A stretch of DNA of 64,000 bases from Blastocladiella emersonii ATCC 22665 (lineage: Eukaryota > Fungi > Blastocladiomycota), in NCBI GenBank assembly GCA_025594325.1, contig JANHCV010000007.1, forward strand, positions 744,001-808,000, written 5' to 3'. Within the stretch, counting starts at the first letter, position 1; every line of letters starts with the position of its first letter. The notes under the pieces were generated by a model, which made no database searches, was not told the DNA's origin, and saw nothing but the letters and a program-made list of their open reading frames with translations. The translations under genes were made by a program, and so were the position numbers. Shown in pieces: positions 1 through 12,749 of this stretch.

Positions 1-1053
1 AGCGCGCGCGAGACGCGTCGCGATGGGCGTGGCAGGTCACATGCCCACGTGGCGAGGCTTGCGGTGCGGGCCGATTTTCTTTTTTCCAAGGAAGCTTCGG
101 CACGCCTCCGCGGCGGCGGGCTGAGCCCCGGGGCAGAAGCGTCGCCAACCGCCCGCGCGCCAGCCAACCGCAACACCCCGGCCCAAGCGCACCCCGCGGC
201 TCAGCGGCTCAGCGCAATCCCATCAGTCACGTTCGCAAGACCGCCGCGTCCCGCCGTGCCCCGCCCGCGTCCCGCGTCTCGCACCGCCACGCCGCCCACT
301 CGTGCGCCCTGCCTGCCTCCATCCGGCGCCCACCCGCCCGACTGTCCCCAAGTGTCTCCCGCCCTTCCCGCTCGGGCCGCCCTTCCTGCGCCCTTCCCAC
401 CCGCTCGCGCACCTTCCCGCCGGCTCCGCCCGCCGCGCCGCGAAGCTCTGTTCCGGGCAGCTGTTCCTCGATCCCTGCCCGCCCGCGTGGCGTCGCCATC
501 GCCGCCCGCACCTCGCGAAGCGTGCGAGCGCTGTGTGATCGCGCACTTCGAGCGGTCCAGCGCCCCGATTATCGCGTTCGCGTGGGAGTGGGTGCAGCCA
601 GCGCGAGAGAGCTGCGATCGAACGGCCGCCCCCCGCGCGCGCCCCTGCGCTCCCATCGCGCATCGCGCCGCGCCGCCTCGGTCGCTGGTTCCCTCCGCCG
701 CACCCGCCATCCGCCTGACCCGGTTGCTGTCTCGCACCCGCGTCCTGCCGCGTGATTGACCGGCGCGTCTCGCAGCTGCGTTTGCGGTTCGAGCGCGCGC
801 GTCAGAGTCACGTCGCGCCATCCATCGGCCGCGTTCCGCCCGCCCGCCTCGCCGTGTGCCCCCGTCACGCACGCACACGCAGACGCCGCCGCTCGCTGCA
901 TCGCGTGCCCGGCCCCGCGCCCCTGCCCTTCCGCTGCCGATCCGGTCGTCGTCGTCCGCGTGGTACGCTTGTCTCGCGCGACCCTGTCGCCGACCGCGAT
1001 CTGACTCGACTGACCATGGACCTCGTAGATCCTACCTATACCCGCTCGGCGCT

Positions 1054-4000
1054 ATGCAGCAGCAGCCGTCGTCGACGCCCGGCCCCTCCGGCCAGCAGCC
1101 GCAGTTTGCTTTCGCCCAGCAACAGCAGCAGCAGCAGCAGCAGCAGATGCCACAGCTCGGCGGCCAGGGTATCCCGCCCAACCAGCTCGCCGCGTACCAG
1201 CAGATGCTCCAGCAGCAACAGCAGCAGCAGCAGATGTACCAGCAGCAGCAGCAACCACAACAACAGCAGCAGCAGCAGTATGTCCAGCAGCAGCAGCAGT
1301 TCGGTCAGCAGCAGGCCGCCTTCAACAACGCGGCGTCGGGCGCCATGCAGCCGCCCACCGTGTCGGCCTCGGCCATGGGCGGCAACGCCGGCGGCGCCAT
1401 GCAGCCGCCGTCCAACGCGCCGTACGCCGGCATGACCATGCAGCAGCTCCAGATGCTCCAGTTCCAGCAGCAACAGCAGCTCCTCCTTCAGCAGCGGCTC
1501 CAGCAGCAGCAGCAACAGCCCGGCGCCGGCGGCTTCACGATGCAGCAGATCCAGGCCCTGCAGCTCCAGCAACAGCTCCAACAGCAGCAGCAGGCCGCGG
1601 CCAACCAGCCGCCCGCCGCCGCGATCCAGCCGCAGCTCTCGGGAAACAGCAACATGGGCGTCGCCGCCGCCGCCGGGATGCAGGGCATGCAGCAGCGCCA
1701 GCCGAGCGTGAGCCTGCAACAGCAGCAGCAGCAACCGATCGCGACCAACGTCACGGGCGGCAGCGTCACGTCCAACAACGCCCAGCAGCAGCAGCGCCAG
1801 CCGAGCCAGACGCCCGGCCCGCCCAACAACAACAGCATGGACAACACGGCCACCGCCGCCAACTCGGCCGTCTTCTCGTCCGCCTCGGGCGCGCCCTCGA
1901 CCGCCTCGACCCCCGCGTCTGCCCTCGCCATGGGCCCCGGATCCGCGTCCGCGTCGGCGTCCGCGTCGGCACCGCAGTCCAACCTCGCCTCACCTGCGTT
2001 CTCCTCGCCCGCCGCTGGCATGGCGCCCGCCGGCCAGATGGGCCAGACGCAGAACTTTGGCGGCGGCGGCGGCATGGCGCCCGTCCACCCGGCCGCGCAA
2101 AAGTACATGGCCGCCGCGATCCAGCAGCAGCAGCAACAGCAGCAGCAGTCCCAGCTCCCGCTCCAGCAGCCGATGCAGACCCAGCAGTCGCAGCTCCCGC
2201 TCCAGCAACCGATGCAGCAGCAGCAGCAGCAGCCCCAGATGCAGTCGATCCAGCCGCAGATGCAGCAGCAGCAGCAGCAACCGCAGCAGCCGCAGGGCAC
2301 CATGCCGCAGCTCCTCAACCCGACCTCGGAGGCCAACGTCAACGCCAACATCAACCTCTTCTTCCAGCGCGTCCGCCAGGCGCTCCAGTCGGGCCGCATG
2401 TCCGAGCAGCAGGGCCGCGCCATGCTCCAGCAGTTTGCCCAGCGCCAGCAGCTCGCCCTCCAGACGTTCCGCGCTCAGCAGGCCCAGGTCCAGGCCCTTC
2501 AGCAGCAGCAACAGCAACAGCAGCAACAGCAGGTCGGCGGCCCGCAGATCCAGCTCACCCCGCAGCAGCAGCAGCAGATTCTCATCCAGCAGCAGATTCT
2601 CCAACAGCAGCAGCAGCAGCAACAGCAGCTCATGCAGCAACAGCAGGCCGCCGCCGCCGGCTCCGCGACCGCCACCCCTGCGCTCGCCTCGCCCACCACC
2701 ATGCTCCCGCGCGTCCCGCCGCCCGGCGGGTACAGCCCCGCGCTGACCGGCGGACCCGAGGGCGGCGCCACCTCGACCTCGCTCCTCGTCGCACCGCCCA
2801 CGGGCGTCGTCCAGGGCCCCGCGGCGGCCGCCGCCGCCGCGCTCCCCGGCGCGTCCCACGGATCCTCGCCCGCTGTCACCAACGCGTCCGCGCCCATGTC
2901 GCCCACGTCCAGCGCATCGGGTGTCCCTGCCGCTGCTGCCGCGGCGGGTCCAGCGGTGCCACCGCAGCTGCAGATCTCGACGACGGCGCCCGGCGAAAAA
3001 CTCGGCTCGCCCGAGGCCTCCGTCACCTCGCCCACCGACGACGGCGAGGACGCGGATACCGTGTCGGCGACGGGCGGGCCCGCGAAACTCGCCAAGAAGC
3101 GCGCCCGCCCGCCACGAAAGAAAAAGGCCACGCCGACCCCGACGTCCGCCACCGCGGCTGGCGGCGAGGAGTCTGACGCGGCGGCGGCAGCGACCGCCGC
3201 CAGCGCGACGACGCCCGGTCCCGCGTCCGCGGGCACGCCGACCAAGCCCGTCATGGCCAACGGCGTCGTGACGAGCCCCGCGTCAACGGTCGCTCCGCCC
3301 GCGCAGCAGCAGCAGCTCCCCGTCCAGCAGCCGCAACCACCACCGCCGCCGCCAGCGCCGCCCGCGCCCGTGTACCACTACGACCGGCTCCCGCCGTCGT
3401 TCCGCACGGTCGTGTCGCAGGCGACGCTGAAGCGGTACGTGTCGCGCGAGAAGCGGCACGACCGCGGCACCGAGCAGTCCAAGAAGCGCCTGATCGGCGT
3501 GCTCGACCAGATGCGCCGGCTCATCCCGCAGTTCGGCGAGTACGAGAAGGCCTCGGTCCTCGCCCACCACAGCCGCATGGGCCCGCTGCCCCGCGCGCAC
3601 CGCGCCGTCGACGCCCGCGACGGCGTCGTCCCGCCGCCCGCGCCCGGCGGCCGCACCGCCGAGCTCCGCATCCTGCGCCCGCACGATAAGCGGCACCTCG
3701 TCAACGCGGCGGGCGGGATCGGGTTCCCGTCCCGCGACTACGACTTTACCGCCGACGCGCACCTCGCGGCCGCCGACGCCCCCGAGGAGCTCGTGGCCAT
3801 CCGGATCGACGTCGAGGTCGAGAACGTCAAGGTCCGCGATACCATCACGTGGAACGCGTTCGAGTCGGTCATCTCGCCCGACGCGTTCGCCGCCGCCATG
3901 GTCGAGGACCTCAAGCTTGTCCCCGCCCACACGTTCCGCGCCCAGATCGCTAAGACTATCACCGACCAGGTCGCCGAGTACCGCGCGTGGCGCGCGACGG

Positions 4001-6647
4001 CGGCCGCGGGCGTCCCGCTTGCGGCGTCGGCGGCAGCGGCGACCGAGTCGGCCGGGTCCGTCGTGCCAGCAGCCGCTGCGGGAGTGGGAGCGGGCTCGAG
4101 TGGCGCCATCGAGACCACGGCGAGCGGCGGGTGGACCGCGGCCAACATGGAGGACCTGCGGTTCGTCGTCAAGCTGCACATCACGGTGCGGCAGTCGGCG
4201 CTCGTCGACGAGTTCGAGTGGGACCTCGTCTCCCCGCGCAACTCGCCCGAGCGGTTCGCCACCAAGTATTGCCAGGAGCTCGGGCTCGACGGCGAGTACT
4301 GGTACGCTGCCTCGGCTTCGTTTCTCATTCGAACGCGACAACTGACACCCTCGCGCACTCGAACCGTAGCACGGCGATCGCGCACGGCATCCGCGAGCAA
4401 GCGCAGCTCCACGTGCGCTCGCTCGTCCTCGCCGGGTACCAGTTCGACAACTCGCCGATCGCGCGCATCTCGCCCGAGCTCGCCGAGCAGTTCCTCCTCC
4501 CCGTCGAGGCCGGCCAGCTCGTCCGGCCCGCCGCGGTCCTCGAGCGGTTCACGCCGTCGTTCGTCGAGATGACCGAGGAGGAGTCGGAGCGCCTCGACAA
4601 GGACAGCGACCGCGACGCGCGCCGCAAGCGCCGCACCACGCGCAAGCTCGTCGGCGGGCGCGGTACCGCTGCAGCGGCGGCGGCCGCGGCCGCGGCGGTC
4701 GCCAGCGCGGTCGTCGACGGCGAGCCGCTCCGCACCAAGCGCTCGCACTTCCCCGCCCACCAGCTGCGCACCGGCCGCCTCCGCCTCCCCGTCCCGTCCG
4801 AGCACGTGCACGAGGACGTCGACGCGCTCGAGACGGCCGACGACGCTACGCTCGTCAAGCTGTACGCCGCCGCACACGCCGCCGCCGCCGATAACGACGC
4901 GCACGCGCACGCCGTCCACGCGGCCCGCCCAGACAGCCACCTGATCCTGCGCCTGTGCCGCCCGCTCGACCGCACCGCGTCCGCGCTCGGCGCGCGCGGC
5001 GCGACCGCCGGCGCCGGCGCCGACTCGTGGCACTGCGCGCACTGCTGGTGCCCCGCCGACGGGACCCCTGTGCGCCGCCGCGGACCCGCCGGCACCTGGC
5101 TCTGCAACGCGTGCGGGCTGTACTTCCTCGCCCACGGCGAGCTCCGCGCGCTCCCGCGCGCCGTCGTCCGCGCCCGGCCGCAGGTCGCGCACCCCGCCGC
5201 GCTCTGGGCCACGTACGCGCCCGAGGCCGCGGCGAATGCGGCGGCGGCTGTCCCGGTCGACGTGGCCGCGTACCCGCCGCTCGCGGTCGCGGGAGTGCCG
5301 CCGGCCGATGGCGCGGCGGGCGGCGACGCGTCCGTCGTCGGGTCGCCCGCGCCGACCACCGTGACGCCCGCCCTCGACGCGGGGCCGCCGGGGACCACGA
5401 TCGTCGAGACGTCCGCGGGCCCGAAAGCCATGCCCGAGTGGATGGCGGCACGCGCCGAGGAGCTTCGCGCAAAGTACCCGACGGACCTGTTCCACTTTGT
5501 CCCCGTCGGCACCTCGTTCAAGCTCGCGTGCGACGACTGCTCCCTCAGCAAGCCCATCGCCCCCGGACCCGCGCACACGCTCGCCAACTTCGAGGTGCAC
5601 CTCCGCAACGTCCGGCACCGCGCGCGCGTCCAGGCGCGGCTCGACGCGGGGTCGGCGGCGGCCGCGGCCAACGACGAGGTGGCCAAGGTCACTGCAGCGG
5701 CGACGGGTAAGGCTGCCGCGGGCTCGTCGTCCCGCAGCGCATCCCGCAGCGCATCCCGCGGCGCGAGCGTCGACTCGACCACGCACCACGTCGGCAAGCG
5801 CTCGCGCGTGTCGACCGGAGGCAACGGGCGCGGCAGCGCGAGCGCCGCGACCAAGGTCCACTCGCGCGCGCGGATCAGCGACGACGAGGATGACGATGAC
5901 GATGATGATGATGACGACGACGAGGACGTCGCGATCGTCCTGCCCACGCGCCGCACCAACAGCCGCAACAAGAACCGCCGCCAGGCCCCGCAGCGGGAAC
6001 GGACGCGGGAGCGCGAACGTGAGCGGGAACGCGAACGTGAACGTGAACGTGAACGCGAGCGAGCGCGAGAGCGGGAGCGCGAGGCGCCCATGGTCACGGC
6101 GCCCCTCGCGGCGTTCGGCACGTACCAGGACTACCCCGACGACGACGAGGACGACGACGACTACGCGACGCGGGGTAGTGGTGCGGCCGCGGTCGCTGCC
6201 GCCGTGCGACTTCCCGACGACATGGACGAGGACGGCGACGACGCGTACGAGGCGCGCAGCCGGCTCGACGACGACGGGGATGCCGAGGAGGGCGAGGTTG
6301 AAGAGGGCGAGCTGCGCGACATCACGTCGGCGGCGGCCGACGCGCAGCAGCAGCAGCACCATGCCGTCGCGGCGCCGTCGACGGCCACGACCACGATCCG
6401 GTTCCGCGGGCTCCCGCCAAAACCGCCGACGGGTCCACCGCATGTGCTGCCGCGGCACCGGCACGCGCTGCCGCCGCCGCCGCACCAGCACCAGCAGCAG
6501 CTGTATCACGATCATGCGCCCGCGGCGGCCGACGCGCACTGCCACCACCACCAGCAGTACCACGCGGCAGCGGTCCCGCCAGCCGCGGCGGCCAGGGTGC
6601 CCGTGTTCCCCAGCGACCACGACTCGAGCAGCGACAGCGACTACTGA
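1054..6647 (+). CDS. SNF5: SWI/SNF (SNF5/Sfh1 family) chromatin-remodelling subunit with long Q-rich N-terminus, two SNF5 repeats, GATA-type zinc finger and C-terminal Cys/His motif; 2 exons (1054-4301, 4370-6647)
   Basis: SNF5 repeat motifs LVAIRIDVEVENVKVRDTITWN, DLRFVVKLHITVRQSALVDEFEWDL and NSPERFATKYCQELGL. Splicing the GTACGC..TAG intron 4302-4369 restores CTAIAHGIREQ. GATA-like CAHC-x19-CNAC and CDDC..NFEVHLRNVRH follow. Confidence 0.88.
5994..6083 (+). repeat. Arg-Glu dipeptide repeat (CGNGAR)n within the SNF5 CDS, next to a poly-Asp run
   Basis: cgggaacggacgcgggagcgcgaacgtgagcgggaacgcgaacgtgaa... translates as RERTRERERERE... Confidence 0.9.
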
Positions 6648-6743
6648 GCGAGGAGGAGTTTTGAACACTGGCGGTTCATTTTTCGTTTTTGACACCACGC
6701 ACATATATATCGTCACATTAGCACCGACGTCACGGTCTCTCCG

Positions 6744-7341
6744 TCATTCGAGGTCCATCGAGTGCACCGACACAAAGTCGTGGTGGCCCGCCGCGATGAC
6801 CAGCTTCAGGTAGCTCACGGGCTGCGCGACGCGGACTGGGACCGAGATGCGCGACTGGCCGGCGGGGACCTCTACGAACTCGCGCGGGAGAGTGAGGACG
6901 GGCGCGAGGAGCGCAGGGGAGGAAACAGGGGCGTACGCAGCGACGTGACGAGATCGAACGGGTCGAGCACCGCGTCGGCCGTGGCCGCCGTCGACGGCGC
7001 GGTGCCCGACGGCAGCGACGGGTCCGACAGCGAGTCGGCGGTCGCGGCGTAGATCTCTATGTCCTTGACTAGTCACCAGCGATGACGCAGGTCAGCGGAT
7101 ATCTTCCTCGCAACTCAGCAGTCAGTACACACGCACCCTTGGTCGCCAACAGTGTGATCCGGCGCGGCGTCGCGGGTGCCGCGAGCTTGAGCACGAGCTC
7201 CTGCGGGAACATGCCCGTCGACGTCCAGAAGGTGCGCGGGTTGCCGTCGACGGCCGCGTCGGGCGGGAACCGGTCATCGGTCGAGCTCGCGAACACGACC
7301 AGGGGCGAAGACGCGGTTGCAGCAGGTGATGCGGCGATCAT
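6744..7341 (-). CDS. IFT25: Intraflagellar transport protein 25 (HSPB11); 3 exons (7341-7137, 7068-6937, 6871-6744)
   Basis: N-terminal FASSTDDRFPPDAAVDGNPRTFWTSTGMFPQE and C-terminal YLKLVIAAGHHDFVSVH match IFT25. Two GT..AG introns keep the frame. Confidence 0.88.
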
Positions 7342-7503
7342 GGTGACGGATACATGGATGACGAGGTTACGGGAGGACCGAGGGGAAGTGGACGGCGCGT
7401 AGTCGAGTGTGGCGCGACGCGGTCACGCGGGCCGTTCCCATGCCTCCTTGGTCAGGGCGGTCGTGCAAGTATGAGATGTATTTATTGAGAGCCCACGCAT
7501 ACT

Positions 7504-8476
7504 TTAACGAGGCCGGAAGGCGACGTTCCCGCCGGCGCTGAGCCCCTGGAACGTCGACTTGAGCGCCCGCGGGTTGGCCCAGGCCGAGCTCGTGTAGCTC
7601 GTGTCGTCCTCGTCGTCCTCGAGCCGCTTGAGCTCCTCCTGCTTGCGGTAGTAGAAGGCCATCATCTCGCGCTGCGCCGCCTCGTCCATGACGGGCTCGC
7701 GCATCGGCGCGCCCATTCCACGCCGCGCCAGCTTGGCGATGATGGTCGTCTTGTCGTTGCGGCCGACGTAGTCGCTCAGCAGCTTGCCGCGCACCAGCTC
7801 CTTGCCCGCCCACCACAGCGCCGTGTTGGCGGCGTCGAGCACCTCCTTGGCGTGCTACATTTTCGTGGGTGGAGGTGAGTTGCGCGCGACCACTCCCTTC
7901 CAAGAACGAACGCACGATGGTCTCGCCAAGGTCCTCGGTGCCGTCGAGAATCTCGCGGACTGAGTCGTACTCGGGAATGCCCATCGGGTACGCGATGGCG
8001 ACGGCGGCGCGCAGGCGGTCGACGACGCCGCGCAGCTCGTCGGCCGTGGTGACGTGCTTGGCCGCGACGCGCTGCTTGGCCGCGATGGCGTCGCGCGCCT
8101 CGGCCACGGTCGCCTCGAGCGTCGCCGCGTACGTCGCCAGCGGTGCGAGCCCCGTGCGGCGGCCCGTCGGGTCGGCGACTTTGCGGTACTCGCGGCCCTC
8201 GTGCGTCACGATCTGCTCCTGGCCACCGGCCTCCTCCTCCGCATCGCCAGCGGCAACAAACTTGTCGAGGTCCTCGGGCTGGTACCCGTGCTGCGCGTAC
8301 GGCTTGAAGACGCCGTACTTGGCGAGGTCCTCGACGGCGACGCACAGGCGCTCGATGCGCAGCCGCTCGTTGTGCAGGTGCACGAGCGCGTCGATGGCGT
8401 CGTCGGTCGACCCGGCCGCGGGGCACTGCGCGAGGAACAGCGACGCGTCGTTTTTCTTGAGGTGGATGAGGACCAT
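7504..8476 (-). CDS. CFAP298: Cilia- and flagella-associated protein 298 (C21orf59/Kurly); 2 exons (8476-7916, 7854-7504)
   Basis: MVLIHLKKND.., HNERLRIERLC, DPTGRRTG, IAYPMGIP, LWWAGKEL, LSDYVGRNDKTTIIAK, YYRKQEELKRLE and C-terminal FRPR are all characteristic of C21orf59. Confidence 0.92.
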
Positions 8477-8648
8477 GGTGTCTGTGATTGCATGCGGGTA
8501 TGTGAGGGGCGGGAGAGTGAGGGCGTGCGAAGACCGACGAGGAACGCGTCGACGCGTCTCCGGCCGACCGCACGTGGCACGAATGCCGCTGATCACTCGC
8601 TTCAGGCGCCGCGAGACACTTTTGTCTCTCGCACCCCGTCAACCACCC

Positions 8649-9955
8649 ATGGACACGGCAATGGACTCGATGCAACGCAACCACGACCCGGTCCTCGACA
8701 ACGACGAGATCCTGCGCTACGGCCGGCAGCTGATCATTCCCGCCTTCGGCATCGAGGGTGCGCTCCTCGAGAGCAACTACTCGAGCAGCACGACCCCTAA
8801 CAGCCACAGCGACCAGGACAGAGGAAGCTCAAGCAGTCGAGCGTGCTGATTGTGGGCACGGGCGGGCTGGGCGCCCCCGCCGCCATGTACCTCGCCGCGG
8901 CGGGGATCGGGACGCTCGGCCTGGTCGACTTTGACACGGTCGACGCCACCAACCTGCACCGCCAGGTCATCCACACCGAGGCCGCCGCCGCTACCAATAC
9001 CCCGAAAGTGGCGTCGGCGCGCCGCGCGCTCGAGTCCCTCAACAGCCGCGTGCGGTACGTCGAGCACGACCTCGTCCTCGACGCCTCCAACGCGCTCTCT
9101 GTCCTCAAAGAGTACGACGTGGTGCTCGACTGCACCGACAACGCGGCGACGCGGTACCTGCTCAACGACGCGTGCGTGCTGCTCGGCCGCCCGCTCGTGT
9201 CGGCGTCCGCGCTGCGCACCGAGGGCCAGCTGACGGTCTACCACTTTGCGGGCGGCCCGTGCTACCGGTGCCTGTTCCCGCGCCCGCCGCCCGCGGCCGC
9301 CGTGACCAACTGCGCCGACGGCGGCGTGCTGGGCCCCGTCACGGGCATGCTGGGCTCGATGCAGGCCATGGAGGCCATCAAGGTGCTGCTCGCCGGCGTC
9401 CACTCTGCCGCAGTCCCGGAGCCGGTGACGTACGCGGGCCGCATGCTCGCCGTCGACGCGTGGGCGGGCACGTTCCGCACGGTCCGGCTGCGCGTGCGGC
9501 AGGCGTCCTGCGCCGTGTGTGGCGACACGCCGACCATCACGCGGCCAATGGACGACTACGCCGCGTTCTGCGGGTCGGGCGCGCTCGACAAGGCGCCCGC
9601 GCTGCAGCTGCTCCCGCCCGAGCACCGCATCTCGCCGCGCGACCTCGCGTCCCGAGATTTGGGTGTGGACGGCGGCAACCAGGTGCTCCTTCTCGACGTG
9701 CGCGAGCCGGTGCAGTTTGCGATCGCGCACCTGCCCGGGTCCGTCAACGTGCCGTACCGCCAGCTTGGCAAGCGGCTCGGCGAGGTGCGCGGGCTGACGC
9801 AGGGAAAGGCCGAGGTGCTGGTGCTGTGCCGCCGCGGCAACGACAGCCAGCGCGCGGTGAACGACCTACGCGCCGCCGGAATCGAGTGCGCCGACGTGGC
9901 GGGTGGGCTCGAGGCGTGGAGTGAGCAGGTCGATCCGTCGTTTCCGCGGTACTGA
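8649..9955 (+). CDS. UBA4: Adenylyltransferase/sulfurtransferase MOCS3/Uba4 (ThiF + rhodanese); 2 exons (8649-8757, 8817-9955)
   Basis: RYGRQLI, GxGGLG, DFDTVDATNLHRQ, DCTDN, CYRC, GVLGP, CAVC and C-terminal rhodanese domain (LLDVRE, CRRGNDSQ, GGLEAW). Confidence 0.95.
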
Positions 9956-10859
9956 ATAGATCTCCTTCCTAGCGTAGCAGCAGCTTGATGAGCGTCGCCA
10001 CGGCCGAGTGTGGCAAGGACGACGCGACCCTCTGGAGGCGGAGGTCGCGCCGGCTAGGAACGACCAAGCGGTCCCTGAGGTTGAGCTCACGAATCTGCTT
10101 ACGCTAATAGTTACTCTGACCGTGCGTCTGATAGAAGCGGTCCCGCAATGCCGTCGCCGTCGTTATCAAGTCGATCCGGTTCTCTGTGAAGTTCATGCAC
10201 CAAGTCGCACCACAGCCACAAGGCGCCCGCACGGGTTGTTCAAGCGCGCGTTCCACTTGCGAAGCAGCGATCGCCCGGTGAGACCGCCCTAGTGGCCTCC
10301 ATCGGCGCCATCCTGGCCTGATCACGCCCAAGGACCCCGTCGTCGTCGTTTTCGCGACCACGAATAGGCCCCCGCCCGGTGTGCTTGTTCTTGATGGTGT
10401 TTTATGCGAGGACCTCAACTGACCCCTTTGCTTTCATGTCTTGGCCGTCGTTGACATCAAGGTCCAGATCACGGCCAAGCACTCGTCAGTTTTCGCACCT
10501 CATCCCGCGGTCCCTAGAACGCCGAGCTTGTTGTCCCAGTGCATGTACTCGGCCATCGTCAGGCCGTCGGCTCACCGTTTGGTAAGTCGTGGTTTCTCGC
10601 CCGCTTGAGGTGCTCTCGCTCACGCCCGGCAAGTCGAACCGGCGCTCCGAGGCCTTCCAGGTTTTCTTGGTCCACATCGCTCTTTGCACCAAATCGCACT
10701 TCCTCCGCTGACCGTATTTGGGCTCGTGTTCGCTCACGCGGGCGCGGCGTCGAGGCGCGTCGCGGAGCTTGACGTGTTCATGTGTGTGTAATGCATGACG
10801 TCACATCATCACGACCAGACGCGCAGGACCGCACTGTTGAGCGACTTCGTGAAATGTAC

Positions 10860-12222
10860 TCGTGAGTTTGAGCAAGGCTTGCTCGACTGAGTGCGCTTGG
10901 GGGCCTCCTCTTGTGATTCAGTTCACAGTCAAGTTGCTTCTCTTGCACCCACCCCCCCCCCCTCGCTTGCTCGCCTACCCACCCGCGCCCTTGTCGCTGA
11001 AGCGCCGGTCGCACAAGTGCTGCGACTCGGACAAGTTGCTCGTACACATTGCCGCACCGTCTTTCACCGTCCATGGCCAGCGACAGTCTTTCGGCGCTGC
11101 TGCCTGCAGCTGGCGACGCCCGGAGCTCCCTTCGCCTCCATGTCGCCGCTCTGCCCCGTCGCAAGATGCGAAGTTATCCGTCGCACCTCATTCCAAAAGC
11201 GGAGCGGGGTCAAGGCGTCGTAGCAAAGCTGTCCGACTACCAGCGGCTTCTTCGCTTCAGTCGACGTGTCACAAAGCTGCTCGATCCTAAGCCTCGCAAA
11301 CCCGCATATCCGTCTACCAAGGCACTAATACGGCAGCTACGAAACTTGCTGGCTTTTGTCCAAGAGCCAGTGCCCTTCATTTACGCCGCAACAGCCATCA
11401 TCCCAGCGTCGTCTCGATGGGGACTCTCAGGCTCGTGGGTGTACGCGGCACTTAAGAGCGTTACTGTGGACAGAACAGAAGCTAGAAACGACCCCTGCCA
11501 AGTTGAGCTCGACGGCGAAATCACGATAATGAACATGCGCGCGGCTGATTCGAGTACGTGCCCTCGACGTGTTTCGCTGTTTTGCCAAGCTCGATACACG
11601 CGTCGTATTTCCCATGTATAGAAACGAGTGTTGCAACCTCGTCGGCACACATGGTCGAACAGCCGGTCAGTCTCGCTCCCCTTGCTGCAATGCACGCACG
11701 ACCAAGCAGCACCCCGAGACGGACCAGGAATCTCTATGGAGGCTTTCATCGCACGAAGTCAACCAGCTGAACACATTCTTCGTTGAGTTCGGAATTGTTC
11801 TCACCGGAACTGCGCTCACGCTCCCGAACCGGTCGTCGCTAACAAATCTTGTCAATCGCCTCGAGCTGCTCCTTCCGTTGGTGCCACCACACCCCAAGGC
11901 TGCAGGAGATCCCATTCGACTCGTAAAATGCGCCGCTGAACCTGTTCAAGCTCAACATGGTGACCTTTTGTGTCGTCTCTTTCACAAGCCGAGTCACGGT
12001 CGATGGATTTTTGTCCAAGCAAACCACAGTGCCGCATGGACGAGCCATCAAGAAAAGATGGGCCACGAGTTTGCCAAACAAAGTATTCAAAGGTTTGCCG
12101 TGAAAACACATCAGAAATCGCTGTGGGGCCGGAGTGCCCAAGCGGCGTTTCCTCTCAACTTCCTCACGCGCGTGCGAGCCGCGGCATCAGAAATTGTATT
12201 CGATGACGTGTCCACCACCTGA
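10860..12222 (+). pseudogene. Family B copy 1 (unknown two-domain protein), apparently frameshifted
   Basis: Exons of about 11110-11553 and 11622-12222 are homologous to copies at 13.0 and 13.5-14.7 kb (KLSDYQRLLRF, LRNLLAFVQEPVP, SRWGLSGSWV, WTSHQEKMGHEFAKQ). Similarity to copy 3 switches frame near 11690-11720. 5' structure is uncertain. Confidence 0.55.
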
Positions 12223-12749
12223 AAACAACGAAGATGACTCTATGAATTTTTTTGTAAACGCACACTGGCCGCTCTTGTTCGGGAACCATCAGCTCGAGTG
12301 GGCGAACGACGCGTCGCGTCGCGTCGCGTCGCGTTTCAGGTCACGCCACATGATCAGATCGCGATCACCATCGCCTAAACGGGAACCGCGAACCTCGCAC
12401 CTGCCCTCGCATCAACCCTCGCATTAATCCAGGCGCCAGGTCTGACGCGACGATCTGTGCGAGGTCTAACGCAAGACCCCCGCCTGTCCCGACCTACGAC
12501 ATTTTGACTTTGGCGCCAGCACTCGCATCGCAACCCTCGCATCACACCTGGCTTCAGGCCTGGCTTCAGGCATCTCAAAATGGGAGGCTTTTCGGTGATG
12601 ATAGGAGATATTGTGCGGGACGCGACGGGGGCATGGGATGCGCGCACGTGTGAACGACGAATGACGTCGTGACCTCATTCACACCATAACGCCCGTCCGC
12701 ACCCCCAGGGCTCCGATGCTCATTTTCTTGCCAAATGTACTCGTTTCTT

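Noticed and set aside
49-1050. Long ORFs upstream of SNF5, including the 856 start in the ORF track
   Set aside because: These are R/A/P-rich shadow ORFs typical of high-GC DNA. The first ATG with host-like codons is 1054.
1054-3400. CAG/CAA tracts as a repeat array or CRISPR-like structure
   Set aside because: They are coding polyglutamine with no repeat-spacer periodicity. No CRISPR array or cas gene was seen in this eukaryotic window.
3738-6716. 992-aa minus-strand ORF and the many similar antisense or alternate-frame ORFs over host genes
   Set aside because: They mirror real genes on the other strand or frame. High GC3 suppresses stops, and no motifs are present.
7425-7445. GTTCCCATG as a possible RFX X-box upstream of IFT25
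   Set aside because: Only a half-site; the required GCAAC/GRAAC arm is missing.
10335-10375. VVVVFATTNRP as an AAA-ATPase sensor-1 motif
   Set aside because: No Walker A/B or SRH context nearby and it is flanked by stops, so it is probably chance.
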